Origin: Alphaproteobacteria bacterium | GTDB taxonomy: Bacteria; Pseudomonadota; Alphaproteobacteria; SP197 | Length of the DNA stretch: 64,000 nt | Direction of reading: 5' to 3' | Assembly (NCBI GenBank): GCA_965228895.1 | Contig: OZ245842.1 | Location: 3,360,001 to 3,424,000 of the forward strand | Part shown: positions 57,317-64,000 of the stretch, one piece after another | Layout of the letters: the number at the start of each line of letters is the position of its first letter | Position numbering within the stretch: the first letter of the stretch is position 1 | Notes under the pieces: model-generated | What the model saw: the letters and a program-made list of their open reading frames with translations, nothing else | Told to the model about the DNA's origin: nothing | The model's database searches: none | Position numbers and translations under genes: made by a program

Positions 57317-58303
57317 ATGCGCGCCATGCGACTCCACGAGAAAGGCAGCGGCCAGGTGACCGCCGATGAGGTGCCGAGGCCAGACCCCGAGCCCGGTCAG
57401 GTTCGCGTCCGGGTGAAAGCGTGCGGCGTATGCCGGACCGACCTGCATGTCGTCGACGGCGAACTGCCCGATCCAAAACTGCCCATCGTTCCCGGCCACG
57501 AGATCGTCGGCACGGTCGACAAGAAGGGCGATGGCGTCGAGGACCTCGACATTGGTCAGCGTATCGGCATTCCCTGGCTCGGTTTTTCGTGCGGAAAGTG
57601 TCCGTACTGCCGGCGCGGCCAGGAGAACCTGTGTCCCGACGCCCGCTATACGGGCTATCAGATCGACGGTGGTTATGCCGACTACTGTGTCGCCGATGCG
57701 CGCTACTGCTTTCCGTTGCCTGACGGTTATTCGGACGAGGCCGCGGCGCCGCTGCTGTGCGCCGGCCTGATCGGTCATCGCGCCTACCGCATGGCGGGCG
57801 ACGCGACGCGGCTCGGCGTCTACGGTTTTGGCGCCGCCGCCCACATCATGTGCCAGGTCGCCTGTTGGGAGGGCCGGCAGGTCTTCGCCTTCACTCGGCC
57901 GGGCGACAATGAAGCGCAGGACTTCGCCCGCGATCTCGGCGCAGTCTGGGCCGGCGGCTCCGGCGAAGCGCCGCCCGAGCCGCTCGACGCCGCCATCATC
58001 TTCGCCCCCGTCGGGCCACTGGTACCCGAAGCCCTGACCCGCGTCGCACCCGGCGGTGTCGTGGTCTGCGCCGGCATCCACATGAGCGACATCCCGAGCT
58101 TTCCCTATCGCATTCTCTGGCAGGAACACATCGTGCGATCGGTCGCCAATCTGACCCGGCGCGATGCCGAGGAGTTTTTGGCGCTCGCACCAAAGGTGCC
58201 GGTCAGGACGCACACCAAACCCTACCCGCTGAGCGAGGCCAACCAAGCGCTCGACGATCTGCGCAGCGGCCGCCTGCAAGGCGCGGCCGTTCTTACCACC
58301 TAG
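57317..58303 (+). CDS. zinc-dependent alcohol dehydrogenase (propanol-preferring family)
   Basis: CGVCRTDLH, GHEIVG, CGKCPYC...ENLC, APLLCAG, GVYGFGAAAH. Confidence 0.93.
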   Translation: MRAMRLHEKGSGQVTADEVPRPDPEPGQVRVRVKACGVCRTDLHVVDGELPDPKLPIVPGHEIVGTVDKKGDGVEDLDIGQRIGIPWLGFSCGKCPYCRRGQENLCPDARYTGYQIDGGYADYCVADARYCFPLPDGYSDEAAAPLLCAGLIGHRAYRMAGDATRLGVYGFGAAAHIMCQVACWEGRQVFAFTRPGDNEAQDFARDLGAVWAGGSGEAPPEPLDAAIIFAPVGPLVPEALTRVAPGGVVVCAGIHMSDIPSFPYRILWQEHIVRSVANLTRRDAEEFLALAPKVPVRTHTKPYPLSEANQALDDLRSGRLQGAAVLTT

Positions 58304-58467
58304 GGTGCGTGTCCATTCGCCCGTTCGAACGACCAACGCAAGAAGATGCAGTGCGTACAGGCGGACCATGCGCGATCAGCCTTTCTAGCGCACGACAAGG
58401 ACTGGTCCGACCCTGTGCGGCATCAGGTTACGACCTTGGCCTCGCCACCGGTCGTGGCCGTCAACAC

Positions 58468-59886
58468 TTAACCTGGTGGTTGGGCGTCATCGGCATCGGG
58501 CGGATCGCCGATGACCAAGCGGTCGGCCTTGCCCATGCGCGCTGCCTTGCGCTCCAAGTTGGCAACGAAACGCACGTCGATGGCTGGTTCGCGCGCGCCC
58601 ATGCGCGCGAACATACCGCCATAGGCGTCGCGCAGCCGTGCAGCGAGCTGCTGTTGATCGACACCCGGTTCCGGCACCACATCCAGAACCAGCCTGTCAG
58701 CGTCGAAGGAGACGCGCGACTCGCGTAGCTGTGTATCGCCGTCGATCAGGTTCAAGAGCACCATGGGGGAAACACGCACCCAGCCGCCATCATGCGCCGG
58801 CACATCGATGATATCGCCACTGCGTCCGTCAATCCGTTCGATCAGAGGAAAGGGTCTGCCGCATGGACAGGGATCGGGACTGACGACCAGAAGATCCGAG
58901 GCCTCATAGCGGATCAGCGGCTGAACACGATTGTACAGGTTGGTGATCAGGACCCTGGAACCGGTTCGCCCCGGTTCGACCGGCTGATAGTCATCGTCGA
59001 CCACCTCGATGATGGCCTCGTCACTCAGGACATGCAGACCCTTGTGCGCACTACACTCGATGGCGGCGTTCGGCAGCTCGGTCAGGCCGTAGTGATCATA
59101 AGGCCTGCTGTGCCAGGCATCGTCGATGGTGTCGGCCATCGCCGGCGTCAGCAGCTCGCCATGGGTGCTGATGCATCGAGGCGCGATCTTGAGTTCGCCC
59201 GCCGACTGCGCACGGGCCAGGAGCACGGCCAAGGTGGGATAGGTTATCAGCACGTCGGGGCGGAAGACGTTCAGCGCGTCGACAAGATCGCCCAGCGGCT
59301 GAATCGCGCGCAGCCGCAGGAATGGAAACAGGCCGACATTGCTGGATTCGGTCATGCGCGCGGACACATGAACCGGGCCCGGCGCATCGATGGTGCAGAA
59401 ACGCAGGCTGCGCGGCCAGGTCGGCCAAAGCCCCATAAACGCCTGCCAACGAACCGCGCCGGCCAGCACATGACGCCAGGCCGGCCGGTCGAAGACAAAA
59501 ATACCGCGCCGGCCCGTCGTGCCCGCGGTGACCAGCGCGCGATAGTCGCCCAGATAGTAACGGTCGCTGGAGAGCTCTTTGAGATGCGCCCTCAGGTCGG
59601 CGAGCCGCAAACGCGAGTCGGTGACGATATTGTCGAAGTTTTCCATCACCCTGGCCTTGCCGATCACCGGAAGATCGGTCAGATGGATTTCGCCCGACAA
59701 GTCGAGCGGCGCGTAAAGCTCGCGATAAAAGGGCGCGTGGGCCGCCGCATGGCGCACGAGCGAGGCCAGCAGCCGCTGCTGGTGGGCGGCAAGGCGCGTG
59801 GGCGTCCACCGGTCATGGCGCAGCAGCGACGTCGCCAGCACCACGGCAAGCGCGATATCGACTGCGCGTTTCAGGCCACCCAGAAT
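58468..59886 (-). CDS. phenylacetate-CoA ligase (PaaK)-like adenylate-forming enzyme
   Basis: APFYRELY, TAGTTG, YGLTE, EC..H.GLH, ITNLYN..QPLIRY, IDGRSGD; start uncertain (ATT 59886 after AAGGAG, or GTG 59964). Confidence 0.85.
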   Translation of the reverse strand: MLGGLKRAVDIALAVVLATSLLRHDRWTPTRLAAHQQRLLASLVRHAAAHAPFYRELYAPLDLSGEIHLTDLPVIGKARVMENFDNIVTDSRLRLADLRAHLKELSSDRYYLGDYRALVTAGTTGRRGIFVFDRPAWRHVLAGAVRWQAFMGLWPTWPRSLRFCTIDAPGPVHVSARMTESSNVGLFPFLRLRAIQPLGDLVDALNVFRPDVLITYPTLAVLLARAQSAGELKIAPRCISTHGELLTPAMADTIDDAWHSRPYDHYGLTELPNAAIECSAHKGLHVLSDEAIIEVVDDDYQPVEPGRTGSRVLITNLYNRVQPLIRYEASDLLVVSPDPCPCGRPFPLIERIDGRSGDIIDVPAHDGGWVRVSPMVLLNLIDGDTQLRESRVSFDADRLVLDVVPEPGVDQQQLAARLRDAYGGMFARMGAREPAIDVRFVANLERKAARMGKADRLVIGDPPDADDAQPPG

Positions 59887-59988
59887 GAGCGATCTCCTTC
59901 GCCGCCATGGCCGGTCGTACTGGCAATGGTCACTGCCGCGACCGCGGCCAAGCAGCCGCCACACTCAGGCTGGTGCAACGGTCATGCA

Positions 59989-60002
59989 TTGACACAACGC
60001 AA
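59989..60002. promoter_or_regulatory. FixK2-type box between divergent ligase genes
   Basis: TTGACACAACGCAA fits TTG(A/C)-N6-(T/G)CAA. Confidence 0.5.
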
Positions 60003-60101
60003 TTCAAACGCAACTTGAGACGGTGAGGCGCCGGCAAGACCGGCGATTTCCTGGGGAGTTTCCCCCTTGAAACCGCGGAGGCAGGCCCATTGATGCACGG
60101 G

Positions 60102-62708
60102 ATGACGCAACAGGATTGGACGGTCCAGACCCTGCTCGCCGAGATGGCCAAGCGCGGTGACCATCCGGCCGTCATGGCGTTTCAGGACGGCAAGGCCGCA
60201 ACCGTGTCCTACGGCACGCTCGCCCAGGACGCCCTGGCGCTGGCGTGTGGTCTGCGCCGGGCCGGTGCCGAAACCGGGCAGCGCGCGCTGTTGATCGGCC
60301 CCAATGGCAGTGATCTCATCACCGTACGTCTGGCGCTCGCCGCCGCCGGCCTCATCAGCATGTCGGTCGACGACCTGTCGCCACCCGACGAAGTCGAGGT
60401 TTTGGCCACCGCCGCACCGCCCGACTGGGCAATTGGTGCGGCGAAACACCTGGAGACGTTGAGGCCACTGTCGCCGCCCGGTCGCCTCTTCTGTCTGGAC
60501 GCCGACGACCAGGACGGTGCGCCGCCTTGGCAGAGCCTGCTAGGCGAGGTGACAGAGCTGCCGCCGGTCGATCCCGCCGCACCGACGGCCCTGCTCCAAA
60601 CTTCCGGCACCACCGGCACACCGAAGCTCTTCACCCTCAGCCATCGTCATATCGGCGCCAATGTGCTGGCCATCGCGGCCGAGGGCTTGATCGCCGAAGA
60701 CGACCGGCTTGTCCTGCCGCTTCCCCTGCACCACGCCTATCCCCAGGTCGTCGGTCTCCTGACGCCGCTCACCGCCGGTGCCGTCATCGTGCTGCCGGAA
60801 ACCGTGACCGGACCGTCGCTGGTCGAAGCGCTCAAGGGCAGCGAGGCGAGCGGCATCATCGGCGTGCCACGGCTTTATGAAGCCATCATCGTCGCTATCG
60901 AGCAGAACATCGCGCGCAAGGGCGGCTTTGCCCGCATCCTCTTTAACACGATGATGGCGCTGTCGATCGCCGCACAGCGTCATCTCGGCATCAAGCTGGG
61001 CCGCGTCCTGTTCCGTCCCTTGCGCGGTCGCCTCTCGAACAAGCTCCGCCTGCTCGTCTCCGGCGGTGCGAAACTTGATCCCAACCTGACCTGGAAGCTG
61101 GCGGCGATCGGCTTCAACGTGCATTCGGGTTACGGCCTTGCGGAGACCGCGTCGACGACCACCGGCAACCTGCCCGGCCGCGACCGTCTGGGCAGCGAGG
61201 GGCGCCCGTTCCAGGGCGCGGAAGTCAGGATCTTTGAGCCCAACGAGGAAGGCGTCGGCGAGGTCCAGCTGCGCGGCCCCAACGTCTTCGACGGCTACTT
61301 CGATCCCGAGGCGACCAAGGCCGCGTTCACCGAGGACGGCTGGTACCGCACCGGCGACACCGGCTATCTGGACACCGACAAGTTTCTTTACATCACCGGG
61401 CGCATCAAAGAGACGATCGTGCTCGGCGGCGGCAAGAAAGTGAGCCCGGAGGACGTCGAAAAGGTCTATGGCCAAAGCCCCCTGATCGCTGAGATCGCGG
61501 TTCTGGAAAAGCAAGGCGGTCTGGTCGCGTTGGTTCGACCGGACGAAGCCGAGATCGCCGCGGCCGGCCACCTCAAACCCGACGATGCGATCCGCGTCGC
61601 CCTGAGCCAGGCAGGCGAGAACCTGGCGCCTTACCAGCGTCTTGCGGGTTACGCGCTGACCCGCGAGCCGCTGCCGCGCACGCGCCTTGGCAAGTGCCGC
61701 CGTTTCATGCTGCCGGAGCTCTATGACGAGGCCAAGCGCGGCCCGGCCCGGCGCACGGCGCGGCGTGAGCCGGTCAAGGAGCCCCGCTTCGACGATCCAC
61801 GGGACGCTGCGACCTGGCAGGTTCTGCGTGAACATTGCCGCGATCAACTCCAGGGGCTCGACGACCACCTGGCACTCGATCTCGGCATCGATTCGCTCGC
61901 CTGGATCACGCTGTCGCTGGAGATCCAGCAGAAGACCGGCGTCGATCTCAGCGACACCGACACGACACGGCTGATCACCGTGCAGCACCTCCTGGACGCC
62001 GTGCGCGAAGCGCCCGCCGCCACGCCACTCTCCGGTGAGGAGGTCGCGGCCCAATGGCTGCGCCCAGCGAAGCCGCTCTACCAAACGTTTGCCGGCCTCC
62101 TCTATGGCGCCAACCGCATGCTGATGCGGCTGGTATTCCGGCTGAAGGTGAACGGCGCCGACAACCTGCCGTCATCCGGGCCGTTTGTCATCGCCTGCAA
62201 TCACGTGAGCGATCTCGATCCGCTGGTGGTCGCCGCGGCGCTGCCCACCGCCATCCGCCGTCAGACGCGCTGGGGTGCCGCCCTCAACCGGCTGTTCGAA
62301 GGCCCCCGCTGGAACGCGCTCTATCTTGGGCTGCGGCTGTTCCCCTTGTCGGACGCCCAGCCGGCCCAAGGATTGGCCTGCGCCCGCGCGACGCTTGATC
62401 GCGGTGACGTCCTCGTGTGGTTTCCGGAATCCTGGCGCAGCCCCGACGGCAACCTGCAGGACTTCCAGTCCGGCATCGGCCATCTGGTCGCCGGCACCGA
62501 GGTGCCGATCGTACCGGCCTGCATCAAGGGGACATTCGAAGCCCTGCCACGCACGCGGCGGTGGCCCCGACCGACAGGCGTCGCCATCCGCTTCGGCGCG
62601 CCCGTGACACCCGGCGGTCTCGCGGCACGCGGCGAGGGCGACGACGACATCGCGCGGATCGTGCATGCCCTGCGTCCCGTGGTCGCCGACGTCTGCGCCA
62701 CGTCTTAA
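60102..62708 (+). CDS. AMP-binding long-chain acyl-CoA synthetase + ACP + PlsC acyltransferase fusion
   Basis: TSGTTGTPK, GYGLAET, WYRTGD; phosphopantetheine site DLGIDSL; NHVSDLD and FPES acyltransferase motifs. Confidence 0.92.
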   Translation: MTQQDWTVQTLLAEMAKRGDHPAVMAFQDGKAATVSYGTLAQDALALACGLRRAGAETGQRALLIGPNGSDLITVRLALAAAGLISMSVDDLSPPDEVEVLATAAPPDWAIGAAKHLETLRPLSPPGRLFCLDADDQDGAPPWQSLLGEVTELPPVDPAAPTALLQTSGTTGTPKLFTLSHRHIGANVLAIAAEGLIAEDDRLVLPLPLHHAYPQVVGLLTPLTAGAVIVLPETVTGPSLVEALKGSEASGIIGVPRLYEAIIVAIEQNIARKGGFARILFNTMMALSIAAQRHLGIKLGRVLFRPLRGRLSNKLRLLVSGGAKLDPNLTWKLAAIGFNVHSGYGLAETASTTTGNLPGRDRLGSEGRPFQGAEVRIFEPNEEGVGEVQLRGPNVFDGYFDPEATKAAFTEDGWYRTGDTGYLDTDKFLYITGRIKETIVLGGGKKVSPEDVEKVYGQSPLIAEIAVLEKQGGLVALVRPDEAEIAAAGHLKPDDAIRVALSQAGENLAPYQRLAGYALTREPLPRTRLGKCRRFMLPELYDEAKRGPARRTARREPVKEPRFDDPRDAATWQVLREHCRDQLQGLDDHLALDLGIDSLAWITLSLEIQQKTGVDLSDTDTTRLITVQHLLDAVREAPAATPLSGEEVAAQWLRPAKPLYQTFAGLLYGANRMLMRLVFRLKVNGADNLPSSGPFVIACNHVSDLDPLVVAAALPTAIRRQTRWGAALNRLFEGPRWNALYLGLRLFPLSDAQPAQGLACARATLDRGDVLVWFPESWRSPDGNLQDFQSGIGHLVAGTEVPIVPACIKGTFEALPRTRRWPRPTGVAIRFGAPVTPGGLAARGEGDDDIARIVHALRPVVADVCATS

Positions 62709-62819
62709 GGGCGTCAAAACGGCGACGCACGCACGCGCCGCTGCATTGCGTTCGGCGGCGCCACATGAGCTGGTGATAGGCGCGTTATCAATACTGGCTG
62801 TAGAGATGGAGGCGCAAAG

Positions 62820-63068
62820 GTGACAAACAGCGACTTAGAAGAGTGGCGCAAACTGGACGCGAGAGCGAGGGCCTACTGGCCCGCAAGCGGAAAGACGCAT
62901 ACCTCGGCGCAATACGAGGTGACGTTGCGTCTACCGCAGGAGCTCGTCGACTGGGTCGTCGAGAACGTCGTCGGACGAAGCAGCCATACAGGCGACTTAG
63001 AAGAGACGACACAAACCGCACTCAATGCGTTTTGCGGCAGCCTCGGTTTTGAACCACGCAAAGACTGA
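62820..63068 (+). CDS. hypothetical protein
   Basis: GGAGG RBS before GTG; 82 aa; no recognisable motif. Confidence 0.5.
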   Translation: MTNSDLEEWRKLDARARAYWPASGKTHTSAQYEVTLRLPQELVDWVVENVVGRSSHTGDLEETTQTALNAFCGSLGFEPRKD

Positions 63069-63126
63069 AGACACCGTCTGCGCCAGACCAAAACGGTACG
63101 GATGCGGCAAACAGTCCGCGCGCCGA

Positions 63127-63627
63127 TTAGGAGGGTGAGCCGTTAACGGCGTAGACAATGCTCGCGATGACAATGCCGATGATGGCAAGAACAAGTAAAA
63201 CTCGTAGCAGACTGACAAGGGCCTCCAGCGCTTCGCCGATTATCTCTACAATTAACGCGAGGACTTTGAACAAAGGTGGGCAGGCACAAGCAGCCGCAGC
63301 CGCGAGGCTCGTGATCCACGTCCATGCTGGCCAGGTTGTGTAGGTGAAAATCAGCCACGCGGTCGCAAGAAAGGCCGCGGTCAGCATCACAAGCTTTGTC
63401 GTTGTGAGCCCTCGCCGGTCCCGCACCGCCACCGTCGGTAGCCCGCCGGGAGGCGCGGTGTGGACAGGCTCGCTGACGACATCGGGCTTGCGCGGCGGTA
63501 AGGTCTCAGGCTTTAGGTCCTCAGCCTGCTGGCGTTCGAGCGCCCCAAGAGCCCCCGCCGTGCCACTGCCAACGCCGGTCAGTTTCCCATCGTTGTAATC
63601 TCTCGACCAATCAGAGCTATCAGACAT
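63127..63627 (-). CDS. hypothetical membrane protein
   Basis: Hydrophilic N-terminus, then 3-4 TM helices. Confidence 0.6.
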   Translation of the reverse strand: MSDSSDWSRDYNDGKLTGVGSGTAGALGALERQQAEDLKPETLPPRKPDVVSEPVHTAPPGGLPTVAVRDRRGLTTTKLVMLTAAFLATAWLIFTYTTWPAWTWITSLAAAAACACPPLFKVLALIVEIIGEALEALVSLLRVLLVLAIIGIVIASIVYAVNGSPS

Positions 63628-63801
63628 AACACCAGCCTTGGCTCACTATCGAAAAGCAAGATTTCAATCATTGTAGCGGCGCGACGACAGCCAATGAAGA
63701 ACAGATCGTGTGAAAGTCGCGGTCGGCATTGCCAGACGCCGTCTGTGCGGGCAACATCGCCTCGGAACGCTCGTTGGCGGATGAATGGGGGCTTTGACGT
63801 C

Positions 63802-64000
63802 ATGCAGTTTCGAACCGCAGTCTTGGCGTCAGCCATTGTGGCTGTTCTCTCTGCAGGCACCCAGGCATCAGACGAAGACGCGGCAAGGCCAACCGATCTC
63901 TCACCTGAAGCATTGGACATCTACGATCGGTGTGTCGCTGATCCGATCAGCTTTCACCGGCTCGAGCTCGAAGATCCACCCACATTTTGCGCTTGCCTCG
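63802..64000 (+). CDS. secreted hypothetical protein (partial, runs off the right edge)
   Basis: MQFRTAVLASAIVAVLSAGTQA signal peptide; ...YDRC...FCACL; frame open to the end of the window. Confidence 0.6.
   Translation, partial: MQFRTAVLASAIVAVLSAGTQASDEDAARPTDLSPEALDIYDRCVADPISFHRLELEDPPTFCACL

Overview
GC-rich, gene-dense chromosomal window, most likely from an alphaproteobacterium (DUF3775, TadG, phasin, FixK/FNR boxes, alphaproteobacterial palindromic repeats). I found no rRNA, tRNA, CRISPR array, integrase or transposase. It holds about 68 CDS, mostly accessory metabolism. Main features: (1) an ECF sigma factor/zf-HC2 anti-sigma pair with two matching promoter-like motifs (GTAACSAAAC-N11-GCATC). 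One precedes the anti-sigma/Rieske oxygenase genes. The other precedes an uncharacterised operon encoding an NhaP antiporter, a Rieske-fused FMN glutamate-synthase domain, a Rieske-fused TPP (pyruvate oxidase-like) enzyme, a DUF5996-like protein and a TrkA-C-like protein. (2) An unannotated 28-aa leader peptide with YFWYFGY plus an intrinsic terminator upstream of a class I DAHP synthase, probably an attenuator sensing all three aromatic amino acids. (3) A dispersed FNR/FixK regulon of 5-6 boxes (arcABC/yfcC arginine deiminase pathway, DUF3775-NAD kinase, phasin, orphan HicA-like gene, USP/ADH, acyl-CoA ligases). (4) Smaller oddities: an MIO-less HAL-like lyase, a DAACS-SBP fusion transporter, a 77-aa secreted protein ending in CxxCH, and MITE/REP-like elements. 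All product calls come from recognising motifs by eye; no database searches were run.
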